Positions 37,001 through 46,376 of a DNA stretch of 64,000 nt are shown here, in pieces. The notes beneath the pieces are model-generated. The model was not told the DNA's origin. It made no database searches and saw only the letters and a program-made list of their open reading frames with translations. How positions within the stretch are numbered: the stretch's first letter is position 1; every line of letters starts with the position of its first letter. A program made the position numbers and the translations under genes. This DNA comes from Candidatus Bathyarchaeia archaeon. GTDB lineage: Archaea; Thermoproteota; Bathyarchaeia; 40CM-2-53-6. Location: contig JBEKGM010000005.1 of assembly GCA_050012795.1 (NCBI GenBank), positions 21,574 to 85,573 of the forward strand. Direction: 5' to 3'.

Positions 37001-38798
37001 GAACTCTAATTCGCTGTTTCGAAACCAAAGCGCGTAAGAGGCTTTTCCCCAAATCCGATTTCTTTGAAACTCTGATCTGGCTTTTCTTACCGACGGTTGC
37101 GGAAAAGAGATACTCATCACCCACGTAGACGTTTGCCACTTTTCCTGTAAGGTCCTTATCGAAGGTTATGTCGAATCGATTACCAACTTCCTTAATCTCG
37201 TACTGAACCTCCTTACCCGAGCTGGGAGCGAGGGGTTCAACATCTAGCTTAATGCCTAACTTCTCCTCGAGCCTGTTGATAGTAACTCCCTTCTTGCCGA
37301 TCAGTATGGGTACGATATCATTGTCCACTCGGACGACGGCGCGGTTTGCGGAAATGAGTTTAGCCTCTGCATCAGGATCAAACTTCCTCACCTCTTGCAG
37401 TATTCTCTCTTCAGCAAGTTTGTTTGCTCCAGACTGGGCGGCCTGCACATCACTTACAGGGATTATCACGTTTTCTTCTCCGAAGGTGTAAATTTCGAAC
37501 TGCAGGTTACCCGTTTCGAAATCGTAAATTTCGACAACAGGTCTTGAAAGGTCTGCCTCAATCATGCCTGTGGGAACCTTCACAGTCAGCTTCAGAGTGA
37601 AAATGTTCCTCACTTCACCATACTGTATGAAGATGATGGTGTCAATCACATGAGGGATCATACCAAGCTCAACCCGCCCTATGAAACGCTGAATAGCGTC
37701 AATTGCTTCGCTGGCATGAACTACACCAATCATGCCGACCCCCGCTAACCGCATGTCCGAGAATATCATGAAATCTTTGGTTCGACGAACCTCGTCAAAA
37801 ACGGTGTAATCTGGCCTCACTAACAATAGGATTTCAGCAGTCTTCTCGAAATCGCCTTCGAGAGGCCCATACTGAGTGATTTCCGGACCGACCTGTAAGT
37901 CTCTTGGAGATTCCAACGTTTTGACTATCTTGTTCTGTTTGAGATAGAATTCAGCCAAAGATGAGGCGAAGGTGGTCTTCCCTGAGCCTGGCGGTCCCGC
38001 AATAAGAATGCCATCCGCACGAGTCGCCAGCCTCTCCATCAGTTTACTAGACAAGCGATAGTCTTGCAGAGTAAGGCTAACAACTGGACGGACAATCGTC
38101 ACTTCGAGACCGTCAGAGAACGGTGGTCGAGTTATTGCGACCCTGAATCGGCCAAGTTGGATCACCAGTGCGCCTGCTCGATTGATTTCCACAAAACCCT
38201 CGCGACTTACCCGGGCAGCCTCGGTAAGTTCTCTAATAATCTGTTCAATTTCTTCCATTGAGATCGGATTCTCAGAGAGGGGTACAAGTTCGAACTTTCC
38301 AGGCATGCCTCTTTTTGCAAGCGGGCGGGTTCCCTCCTTAAGGTGAATGCTCGACGTGTCCGGAGAGAAGTACTTCTCAAACGTCAGGTCAGTAGTCTTA
38401 ACTTCGCCGGGAACATGCTTGACCTCAACTCCCGACGCTTCTGCAACTAACGCCTGAACGTAATCAGCAGTGAGTAGGATACCATTCTCCGTTCTTGCAA
38501 CGTCGGTGATAAGTGCATCAAGCCGACCACTCCTCGCGAGTTTGATATCGTCAAAACCGGGACGCGCGCCCAAAAATGTGAGTTTTACGCCTTTTCCTTC
38601 GCAAAACACGCGAAGCTTCTTGATCTCCGTAAGGCCAACGAATCCTGGTTCGCGACCTTTCGATGCTTGGGCTTGTAATTCATCTAACACTGCGTTCGGA
38701 ATAACGACCTCTACGTCAGTATACCCTTCCTTCTCGATAAGGACGGGGACATTGCCATCAATTATGATCGAAGTATCCGGAATGAGTTTCCTAGTCAA
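36993..38798 (-). CDS. PIN-domain / PilT-like ATPase / KH-domain protein (PINA type, COG1855-like)
   Basis: N-terminal PIN (LIPDTSIIIDG...DELQ), Walker A IAGPPGSGKTTF, and a C-terminal KH-like GKKGVTINRLEEKLGIK. Confidence 0.85.
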   Translation of the reverse strand: MTRKLIPDTSIIIDGNVPVLIEKEGYTDVEVVIPNAVLDELQAQASKGREPGFVGLTEIKKLRVFCEGKGVKLTFLGARPGFDDIKLARSGRLDALITDVARTENGILLTADYVQALVAEASGVEVKHVPGEVKTTDLTFEKYFSPDTSSIHLKEGTRPLAKRGMPGKFELVPLSENPISMEEIEQIIRELTEAARVSREGFVEINRAGALVIQLGRFRVAITRPPFSDGLEVTIVRPVVSLTLQDYRLSSKLMERLATRADGILIAGPPGSGKTTFASSLAEFYLKQNKIVKTLESPRDLQVGPEITQYGPLEGDFEKTAEILLLVRPDYTVFDEVRRTKDFMIFSDMRLAGVGMIGVVHASEAIDAIQRFIGRVELGMIPHVIDTIIFIQYGEVRNIFTLKLTVKVPTGMIEADLSRPVVEIYDFETGNLQFEIYTFGEENVIIPVSDVQAAQSGANKLAEERILQEVRKFDPDAEAKLISANRAVVRVDNDIVPILIGKKGVTINRLEEKLGIKLDVEPLAPSSGKEVQYEIKEVGNRFDITFDKDLTGKVANVYVGDEYLFSATVGKKSQIRVSKKSDLGKSLLRALVSKQRIRVLI

Positions 38799-38918
38799 TT
38801 CCTAACTAATCCTGATTGGCTAGCAGTTACGATGTTGCGAATAAAAACAGTAGGTAAGTTCGATGAGCGAGAAAAACGCTACATAGAAGCAGTCTGAATG
38901 CACGTGTAAGGGTCCTTA

Positions 38919-39455
38919 ATGGAGCGATGCACTTCCACGACTAGAGTGTTCAATGGTCGAATTCTACACTTGCGAGTTGACAAAGTGGCCTTTGCTGATG
39001 GATTACAAGCAACTCGAGAGGTCGTAGAGCACCCTGGTGCTTCGGTAATAATCCCACTCCTCGAAAACAACAGCGTTCTGCTTGTAAGACAGTATAGGTA
39101 TGCTGTCGGTAGAGAACTTCTGGAAATTCCTGCGGGCACATGCAATGATGGCGAGCCTCCTGAGGTTTGTGCCAAGAGAGAGCTGCAGGAGGAAACAGGA
39201 TATGTCTGCGAGGAGTTAGAGAAAATCTTGGAATGCTACGTTGCTCCAGGGTACAGCACCGAGAAAATCCACTTCTATTTGGCAAGGAGATTACGTAGAA
39301 TCGGCCAAAATCCCGACGAAGACGAACGCATCACCGTGGTACCGCTTTCTATCACGGAAGCTCTGTCGAAAATACGCAACGGGGAGATTTGTGACGCTAA
39401 GACGATATGCGCCATCTTTAGGATGCTCGACTTTGTTAAACTCCCGACTCCTTAA
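38919..39455 (+). CDS. NUDIX hydrolase (ADP-ribose pyrophosphatase-like)
   Basis: Nudix box GTCNDGEPPEVCAKRELQEETGY. Confidence 0.9.
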   Translation: MERCTSTTRVFNGRILHLRVDKVAFADGLQATREVVEHPGASVIIPLLENNSVLLVRQYRYAVGRELLEIPAGTCNDGEPPEVCAKRELQEETGYVCEELEKILECYVAPGYSTEKIHFYLARRLRRIGQNPDEDERITVVPLSITEALSKIRNGEICDAKTICAIFRMLDFVKLPTP

Positions 39456-40122
39456 CAGGAAGTTTGAAGAAGGCCGGATGAGTCTCAGAGAGAAGCCCAT
39501 TCACTCGCTGTTTCAGCTTGCTCAGGTTAATACTATGGCATGTGCCCTCCTGAGGCAGCTTGACGTTAGCTCTCTTCATTATCGAGAGAGCAACCTCAGA
39601 CTCATCTTTCTGCAAGTGGACGAGGGACGCTGCTAGTAATATGATGCCTTGGAGTATCTCTCGTTCTGCACCCGTGGCAGTTCGCCAGGCTGCTTCTAAT
39701 GACTCGTGACTTTCCCAATAGCGTTCTTCGTTGAATAGTGCGATTCCGGTTGCAACTGCGCGTTCCGGGGTTGAAATTTGAGCAGGTAGATCAAGTTCCC
39801 TTAAGGTTAATGGCTCACCTAGGCCTTCAATGAGCTTTTTGAGACAAAGGTCCATCACTTTCTTCGAGGAGACTAGGAGATCAAACTCTATTGCCTCGTG
39901 ACTGACGCGCAGGTTTCCGACATCAGCATTCAGGATCTTGATCAGGTCATACGCTGTTTTCGTCAGTGCTCTACTGTCCTTCGGCGTGAAGCCTTGAGTG
40001 TTCTTGAGTCGAACTAGGAATCTCATCTGTGCGTCAATTTCAATAGACTGTAACAAACTTTTGGGAGAATCAATATTACGAAGAGGAACGAGAAGGTGAA
40101 TTGGTATTGGGCATGTCCTCAA
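39436..40122 (-). CDS. DUF309-domain protein with unknown N-terminal domain
   Basis: C-terminal FNEERYWESHESLEAAW......REILQGIILLAASLVHLQ matches the DUF309 pattern. The start may be internal (M33), because it overlaps the divergent neighbour. Confidence 0.65.
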   Translation of the reverse strand: MRTCPIPIHLLVPLRNIDSPKSLLQSIEIDAQMRFLVRLKNTQGFTPKDSRALTKTAYDLIKILNADVGNLRVSHEAIEFDLLVSSKKVMDLCLKKLIEGLGEPLTLRELDLPAQISTPERAVATGIALFNEERYWESHESLEAAWRTATGAEREILQGIILLAASLVHLQKDESEVALSIMKRANVKLPQEGTCHSINLSKLKQRVNGLLSETHPAFFKLPVKESGV

Positions 40123-40520
40123 GCGAATACGTCATTGATGGAAGCGCGGTAAACAAGCTTCTTGATCCCTTCAACTTTGAAGCCATTCTGCCCACTGCAC
40201 AACTCCACCATATGCTGCCAGGCCAAGTGTATGACATAATCGAGAAGAAATTCATCAAGAATCTGGCCGACGAGATTGAAAAATCCAAGGCTCAAACGGT
40301 GAAATTCGTGAATCTCGAGGCGATTGCCACCGGCGAACACAAAGACTACCTGCACCCGATATGTGCCGGACTCAGAGTCTTGATCGACTCCTTGATTGCT
40401 AAGAAGATAACGGTTACGGGAGTAGTGGAGAACCCGTTCAGTTTACCCTGGGATTTGGTTGCGAAACTTGATGCGAACTTCAAAGGATTACCTGCCCCAG
40501 GCCAGTCAACCCCACCATAG
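40101..40520 (+). CDS. hypothetical protein
   Basis: 139-aa ORF with plausible composition. I recognise no family. Confidence 0.45.
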   Translation: MVLGMSSSEYVIDGSAVNKLLDPFNFEAILPTAQLHHMLPGQVYDIIEKKFIKNLADEIEKSKAQTVKFVNLEAIATGEHKDYLHPICAGLRVLIDSLIAKKITVTGVVENPFSLPWDLVAKLDANFKGLPAPGQSTPP

Positions 40521-40586
40521 CCGCTACCCTTACGACATCAGCGTATGAGTCGACTGAACTGGATGTGTCTGAATTAATCATATGCG

Positions 40587-40603
40587 AGCAATAGTTAATT
40601 GCT
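40587..40603. promoter_or_regulatory. inverted repeat between a TATA-like element and the peroxiredoxin start
   Basis: AGCAATagttaATTGCT, 32 nt upstream of ATG 40635 and just downstream of AATTAATCATAT. Confidence 0.25.
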
Positions 40604-40634
40604 TCCACGTGTTCATTGTTCGCGTGTATCTGCA

Positions 40635-41096
40635 ATGTCGATTGAAGTTGGACAAAAACTGCCGGATTTCGAGCTTCCTGATCAGACGAGGGCATCAAAA
40701 TCTCTGATGTCTTTTTCAGGTAAGAATACTGTGTTAGCATTCTTTCCTGGAGCCTTTACGGGCGTATGCACAAAGGAGATGTGTACTTTCAGAGACTCCG
40801 TCCAGAAGTTACCTGGAAACGTAGTCGGAGTAAGCGTCAATGATCCTTTCACGAACAAGGCATTTGCTGACATGAACAGACTGCCGTTTCCAATCCTGAG
40901 TGATTATACTCGGGAGACCATTAAGAAGTACAACATTTTCCACAACGATTTTGCAGGTCTCAAGGGTTACACTGCTGCTAAACGTTCAGTTTTTGTCTTA
41001 GACCGGAATGGGATTGTGCGTTATAAGTGGGTCTCTGAAGATCCCGGTAAGGAGCCTGACTACGAGGCCATCAAAGACGTCCTTGGCAAGCTCTAA
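40635..41096 (+). CDS. peroxiredoxin (AhpC/TSA, Bcp-like)
   Basis: FFPGAFTGVCTKEMC active site. ATG at 40635 (MSIEVGQKLPDFELPD). Confidence 0.9.
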   Translation: MSIEVGQKLPDFELPDQTRASKSLMSFSGKNTVLAFFPGAFTGVCTKEMCTFRDSVQKLPGNVVGVSVNDPFTNKAFADMNRLPFPILSDYTRETIKKYNIFHNDFAGLKGYTAAKRSVFVLDRNGIVRYKWVSEDPGKEPDYEAIKDVLGKL

Positions 41097-41189
41097 GTTC
41101 GCAACGCACTTTCCTTACGCCATTAACTAAATTTCTAAGCGTTCTCAACGAGAAGAAACAGATCATAAAGAAAAAGGGGCGCAGGAGAT

Positions 41190-41795
41190 CTAGTCTATTC
41201 TGATCTCTCTGCCCTTAGGCTTCGCCTTCTGCTTCCGAAGGACTATCTCCAGAACTCCATTATTGTACGACGCTTTGGAGCTGTCCGGGTCGACGTCTGC
41301 GGGAAGCCCTGCTTCTTTGTAGTACTTTCGAGTCTGCGAATCAACGCGTATCGTGAGCGCATTTTCCGCAATCGTCGTTTTGATGTCCGACTTCTCGACT
41401 CCAGGCAGTTCTGCTAGTACTCGAACCTGCTCTGTCTCATTAATTACGTCGACGAGTGGTTCCCTAGTTTCGGTAGGCTCCAATGCGGGTTGATCCATCC
41501 CGAACAAGCCCGGCCTCTTAGATGGCTTGACGTTCCCGAACTCCTGTATGACAGGTTTACCGTCGGGTCCCATGGACATCGAGTAACCGTACACGAAAGG
41601 CCCAAATTGCCTAACCGTTGCCCCGTCGGGAAGTTTCCGCTCCCTCATCGAATCTACTTGCATGCCTTTGGCCATGTCCTCGAACATACGTTCAAAAACC
41701 TGGTCAAAATCGCTGAACCACTTATCCATCCAGCCGAAAGGCGACCGCCCTCGTTTGAACCATTCAGGCACATCATCTGACATTGTAGTATTCAC
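41190..41795 (-). CDS. hsp20: small heat-shock protein (Hsp20/alpha-crystallin)
   Basis: Alpha-crystallin domain VDVINETEQVRVLAELPGVEKSDIK...ASYNNGVLEIVLRK. Confidence 0.9.
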   Translation of the reverse strand: MNTTMSDDVPEWFKRGRSPFGWMDKWFSDFDQVFERMFEDMAKGMQVDSMRERKLPDGATVRQFGPFVYGYSMSMGPDGKPVIQEFGNVKPSKRPGLFGMDQPALEPTETREPLVDVINETEQVRVLAELPGVEKSDIKTTIAENALTIRVDSQTRKYYKEAGLPADVDPDSSKASYNNGVLEIVLRKQKAKPKGREIRID

Positions 41796-41832
41796 CTCGC
41801 ATCCGATCTTGTGTTACCATTAGTAACAGAAT

Positions 41833-41877
41833 CATATAAAATTTTACTAAAGGTAACAAACACGGTGTCCAGTTCGA
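41833..41877. promoter_or_regulatory. two related inverted repeats flanking a TATA-like box in the hsp20 / zinc-finger divergent intergenic region
   Basis: GTTACcattaGTAAC (41833-41847) and TTTACtaaagGTAAC (41863-41877) bracket ATATAAAAT (41854-41862). They lie 38-82 nt upstream of the hsp20 ATG. Confidence 0.35.
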
Positions 41878-41959
41878 CATTAGATGCGGAAGCGAAGAAA
41901 ACAATCGCTTAAATCTGGGCGAGAGATGCATTGTTTAAGGCCTAAATCGCCATCCCGTT

Positions 41960-42229
41960 TTGACGCACACTGAGTGGAGATTATTGATCTGCAAAGCGTG
42001 TAATGGTGACGGTGAAGTAAACTGTACGAAATGCAAAGGCAGCGGATCAGTACCAGTAAACTGTGTCGAATGCAAGGGTAAAGGAAAGATCAGTTCTGGC
42101 ACAAGCATGATCGAATGTGATATCTGCAACGGAAGCGGCAAAGTCGACGAGAAGTGCAATGAATGTTTTGGCGGCGGGTTGATTATGTGTGAAGCATGTG
42201 ACGGCACCGGTAGCGTGCCAGACAAATAG
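41960..42229 (+). CDS. stand-alone DnaJ-type cysteine-rich zinc-finger protein (6x CxxCxGxG)
   Basis: CKACNGDG, CTKCKGSG, CVECKGKG, CDICNGSG, CNECFGGG and CEACDGTG within 89 aa. Confidence 0.75.
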   Translation: MTHTEWRLLICKACNGDGEVNCTKCKGSGSVPVNCVECKGKGKISSGTSMIECDICNGSGKVDEKCNECFGGGLIMCEACDGTGSVPDK

Positions 42230-42249
42230 ACGGACCACAGTCAGAAACA

Positions 42250-42732
42250 TTGTCTATAAACGGCGGGTTCCGCCCCATGAGTAATTCCAGACTGCGTGAA
42301 GAAGTTTACGATTTACTATACGCGAAGCATAAGCCTGAACTCGCAATCCTCCGGCTCAACAGCATCTTGCGAGAACAACCTGAGAACGTGCAAGCTCTTT
42401 CGCTTAAGGCCTACGCACTCAACAAACTGGCCAACGCAATCAAAGACTGGGAGTATTCAAGAAGTGCTCTCGCGGCGGCTGGGAAGGCACTAGAGCTAAG
42501 TCCGCTTGACGATATTGCGCTGACGAGCAAGGGATGGGCATTGATCGATCTTGGAAAAGCCAGTGAATCAATTCCTTATTTGATTCAGGCTACAACGGCG
42601 AATCCTCGAAACGAGTATGCATGGTTTAATCTTGCGTGGGCACAGTATCTTACTGGGAACTTTGCTGTTTCTTCTGCCTCGATAGCAAAGGCTCTCGAAT
42701 TGAGTCCCAATAACGCCATTATTAGGAGATGA
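42250..42732 (+). CDS. TPR-repeat protein
   Basis: About four TPR-like repeats (..ALSLKAYALNKLANAIKDWEYS..AL.LSP.D..AL..KGWALIDLGK..EA...ATTANPRNEYAWFNLAWAQYLTGNF..S..KALELSPNN). It starts 20 nt after the zinc-finger gene. Confidence 0.75.
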   Translation: MSINGGFRPMSNSRLREEVYDLLYAKHKPELAILRLNSILREQPENVQALSLKAYALNKLANAIKDWEYSRSALAAAGKALELSPLDDIALTSKGWALIDLGKASESIPYLIQATTANPRNEYAWFNLAWAQYLTGNFAVSSASIAKALELSPNNAIIRR

Positions 42733-42795
42733 AAAAAGTTGATGATGTCTGGGAATTTACCTACTCATTTGAGACGGAAATCGTCCTCTCAGTAG

Positions 42796-44289
42796 CTAGC
42801 CCTTCGTTACTCCTATTGGTACTAATCGAGCAACTTTCGTCGCGATTCCTAACTGATGGCTAACCTCCGCGACACTGTCCACGTTCTTGTACGCTTCAGG
42901 TGCTTCCTCGCTTATTGTACCAAAGTTTTCTGCTCGAATCATGATTCCCTTCTTCGAAAGAAGTTCCTCAACTGCTCTAGCTGGATTGCGACGTTTTGCC
43001 GCGGATCGACTCATGAACCTGCCGGCACCATGGGCAGTTGTTCCAAAGCTCAGTTCCATGGCTTTCGAGGTGCCTATCAGGACCCATGAAGCGGTTCCCA
43101 TACTGCCCGGAATGAGCACAGGTTGTCCGAATTCACGATATTCCGGAGGAATCGCTTGGTGTCCTGGAGGAAAAGCTCTCGTCGCGCCTTTCCGATGAAC
43201 GTACACTTTCTTCTTGCCACCATCGACAACATGCTCTTCGACCTTAGCGATATTGTGTGCCACATCGTAGATTAACGCCATGTCAAGCTGATCCGCTGCC
43301 TTTCCGAATGTTTTCTCAAAAGACTCCCTTGTCCAGTGCGTAATCATTTGCCTGTTGACCCAGGCGAAATTCGCGGCAGATGCCATGGCACCGATATAGT
43401 CCTCTACCTCTCGACTCTTCGAGGGTGCGCATGCAAGTTGTCGATCAGGAAGATGGATCCCATACTTTCCGATGGCTCTTTCCATAACTCGCAGGTAATC
43501 GCTGCATACTTGATATCCGAAACCTCGACTACCGGTATGAACGAGGACAAGTATCTGACCCTCTTTCTTTATTCCAAGCTTATCAGCGACCGCGGAATCA
43601 ATTATCTTGTCAACCTTCTCAATCTCAAGAAAATGATTCCCACTTCCTAGGCTTCCCAGTTGTGGACTTCCTCTCTGTTTCGCTACGCCAGAAACTTTGT
43701 CAGGGTCCGCTGTCTCCATGCATCCATTTTCTTCGCAGTGCATGCGATCTTCGGACCATCCGTAGCCGTGGTCGATCGCCCATTCCACACCCTCTCGGGT
43801 AACTTTTTCCAAGTCTCCGGCGGACAACCTGCCAACCTTCCCCCTGCTTCCGAGGCCAGAGGGCACGTTCACGAACATTGTGTCAAGTAATTTGGACAGC
43901 ATCGGACGAACTTCTGTTTCGGTAAGGTTCGTTCGAATAAGGCGTACTCCGCAGTTGATGTCGTATCCAATTCCTCCTGGGCTCACAACTCCTTCGTCGT
44001 AGTCACTCGCAGCCACTCCACCAATCGGGAAACCGTATCCTTCATGACCGTCCGGCATAGTTATCGACCACTTTTGCAGACCGGGAAGTGTTGCTACGTT
44101 GGCACATTGTTGCAGGGTTGCGTCGGATCGCATTTTCTCGATAAGTGCGTCATCCGCATAAATGCGCCCTGGTACTCGCATTCCAGGCTGTGTGTCCTGA
44201 GGAATCTCCCAAATGTACTTGTCGACGCGTTTTAGCTGCACATTGCTTGAACCATGTCCGTATGCTCCTTGAGACATCCCATTCACCAA
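42796..44289 (-). CDS. rtcB: RNA-splicing ligase RtcB
   Basis: GYDINCGVR, GSGNHF, HTGSRG and TAHGAGR motifs. Confidence 0.95.
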   Translation of the reverse strand: MVNGMSQGAYGHGSSNVQLKRVDKYIWEIPQDTQPGMRVPGRIYADDALIEKMRSDATLQQCANVATLPGLQKWSITMPDGHEGYGFPIGGVAASDYDEGVVSPGGIGYDINCGVRLIRTNLTETEVRPMLSKLLDTMFVNVPSGLGSRGKVGRLSAGDLEKVTREGVEWAIDHGYGWSEDRMHCEENGCMETADPDKVSGVAKQRGSPQLGSLGSGNHFLEIEKVDKIIDSAVADKLGIKKEGQILVLVHTGSRGFGYQVCSDYLRVMERAIGKYGIHLPDRQLACAPSKSREVEDYIGAMASAANFAWVNRQMITHWTRESFEKTFGKAADQLDMALIYDVAHNIAKVEEHVVDGGKKKVYVHRKGATRAFPPGHQAIPPEYREFGQPVLIPGSMGTASWVLIGTSKAMELSFGTTAHGAGRFMSRSAAKRRNPARAVEELLSKKGIMIRAENFGTISEEAPEAYKNVDSVAEVSHQLGIATKVARLVPIGVTKG

Positions 44290-44347
44290 GAGAATTTCTG
44301 AGATGAGCAGGTCACTGATTTAAAGAGTCGGTGTCAAATCGTTGGTT

Positions 44348-46162
44348 TCAAAGCGCCACGTACTGGTCGATCCTCTTTTCGATCATCTTGAGGCTGTCTT
44401 TCCAGAAGTCAGGTTTCTTGATATTTATTGCAAATCGAGAGGCAAGCTCGGCGGGGGTTCCTTCTCCAGTGCTCGCTAGGAGAGATTCATATTCTGAAAC
44501 GAAAGATGCACCCTGCGTCATGTATATCGCATAGAGGCCTAAGCCGAAGAGAAGGCCGAAGGCATAAGGGAAGTTGTAGAAGGATAGTGTCGTACTATAG
44601 TAGTGAGGTTTCCAAGTCCACATGTAACCGTGTAAGCATGCGTCATCTAAGCCGTCACCGTATGTATTTTTCTGTGACTGAATCATTATCTCACAGAACT
44701 CATCAGCGGATAACTCAGACTTCTCACGCCTTTCGAATACTTGTTTCTCGAACAGGAACCTTGAGGTAATATCAACGATAACCTGTGTTGATGACATTAG
44801 TGATGATTCTAGCACGGCGAGTTTCTCATCACTGCTTGAGGCGTTAGCTAGAACCGCGTCAGAGACTATTGTCTCGCAGAAGATTGACGCAGTCTCAGCT
44901 AGAGTCATAGGAGTTCGAGTCTGCAGAACGGTCTTGCCAACTTGGCATTCGTTATGGTATGCATGTCCTAGTTCATGCGCTACAGTTGAGACTGCATCTA
45001 ACGAGCCATCGAAATTGCAAAGAACACGCGACTCATCTACGGCAGGCACTTCCATACAGAACGCTCCTCCCCGTTTTCCATCTCGTGGTTCAGCGTCGAT
45101 CCAGTTATGTTGGAAAGCTCGTTCAGTCAGTTTTGCTAACCGGCCGCTGAAGGTACCGAATTGTTCCACTATGAATTCTCGAGTTTCATCCCATGAGTAA
45201 TGATGATCCACAGTACCCACCGGTGCGAAGAGATCCCACCAAGGGAGCGCATTACAGCCCATGCGTTTCGCTTTTGCTTTGAGGTATCTTCTGAAGCTGG
45301 GAAAGGACTCTTGCATAGTCTCAATCAGTGTGGTAAGAGTCTCTCGATCGATGCGAGCCTGATCAAGTGAAGCGTGTAAAGCGTCTACGCGTCCTCGCCG
45401 TTTCGATAGCGTCACTACAGTCCCTTTCACACCGTTTAAAGCGGCTGCCAGCGGTTCCCGAACAGTCTTCCAGGCCTCTAGTTCCGCTGTATACGCTCGA
45501 CGCCTCACGTCCGGATCTTTATGGTGACTTAGGTTCAAGATTGATGTGATCGGCATTTTTTCTTTCTTCCCGTTTAGTTCGAATTCCACACTCAGCTGGG
45601 AGCAGATTGTCCCTTGGAGTTTAGACCAAGCGTTTCCGCCACTTAGTTCGAGGTCTGCGGCCAGCGATTCTTCTGGTTCACTCATCAGGTAGCGGCTTTG
45701 TTCTAAGACCTCTTTCAGATAGAATGAATGCTCCTTGCTCGGGCCGGGTAAGGCCAGAATATTAGAGAGACCTTCACCCAGACTCCTGGTCCAGCCATGG
45801 AAAAGTACGTCAATTTTCTTGACCCGGGTTTGAATTATCTCAAATTCTGATTCTGCACGTTTCGCAGAAGCATTGTACGAGTCGGTAGTCACAAAGGAGG
45901 CTACGAACGCGCTAATGGTGCTGAGGAGGCGTAGCAGAGAGTTCATGCGAGTTATGTATTCGTCGGCAATCTCTTTCAGCAGAGAGGTCTCGAGAGGGGA
46001 TAGCCCGGATTCGGTCCTTCCGATTCTATACTGGGTACAGTAAGCTTCGAGTTCAGCAATCTGTCCCTTGAGACTCTCAATGGCTGTTCTGAACTGTTCC
46101 GATTCCAAACTTGGATAAACATTGGATAGGTCCCAGTGCGGCAGCGATTCAGCTTTAATCAT
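44348..46162 (-). CDS. pepF: oligoendopeptidase F (M3B metallopeptidase)
   Basis: HELGHAYH zinc motif; 604 aa with an M3B-like layout. Confidence 0.9.
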   Translation of the reverse strand: MIKAESLPHWDLSNVYPSLESEQFRTAIESLKGQIAELEAYCTQYRIGRTESGLSPLETSLLKEIADEYITRMNSLLRLLSTISAFVASFVTTDSYNASAKRAESEFEIIQTRVKKIDVLFHGWTRSLGEGLSNILALPGPSKEHSFYLKEVLEQSRYLMSEPEESLAADLELSGGNAWSKLQGTICSQLSVEFELNGKKEKMPITSILNLSHHKDPDVRRRAYTAELEAWKTVREPLAAALNGVKGTVVTLSKRRGRVDALHASLDQARIDRETLTTLIETMQESFPSFRRYLKAKAKRMGCNALPWWDLFAPVGTVDHHYSWDETREFIVEQFGTFSGRLAKLTERAFQHNWIDAEPRDGKRGGAFCMEVPAVDESRVLCNFDGSLDAVSTVAHELGHAYHNECQVGKTVLQTRTPMTLAETASIFCETIVSDAVLANASSSDEKLAVLESSLMSSTQVIVDITSRFLFEKQVFERREKSELSADEFCEIMIQSQKNTYGDGLDDACLHGYMWTWKPHYYSTTLSFYNFPYAFGLLFGLGLYAIYMTQGASFVSEYESLLASTGEGTPAELASRFAINIKKPDFWKDSLKMIEKRIDQYVAL

Positions 46163-46231
46163 TATTCAACACGGTTTGCAGCAGCAGAGCTATCTGAAGT
46201 CCGGATTCTCATTCCTGTCTACTTCAGGATT

Positions 46232-46360
46232 TCATCCGTTGCTCATACAGATACCCATCATTATTGGCGAGCAGTGCGCACAGACATTGTAAGGTCCTGC
46301 ACTGCAGGATCCGCACCTTATACAGCGGGCATCGCAATTACGTGTCCCTTCAGAGGTCAT
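46232..46360 (-). CDS. putative Cys-rich microprotein (42 aa), paralog of the ORF at 57528-57716
   Basis: MTSEGTRNCDARCIRCGSCSAGPYNVCAHCSP... The motif CxRCxxCxAxPYxxCxHC is shared position-for-position with the second locus. It starts 16 nt after the nitroreductase stop. Confidence 0.35.
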   Translation of the reverse strand: MTSEGTRNCDARCIRCGSCSAGPYNVCAHCSPIMMGICMSNG

Positions 46361-46376
46361 GCTCACATCATCTCCA

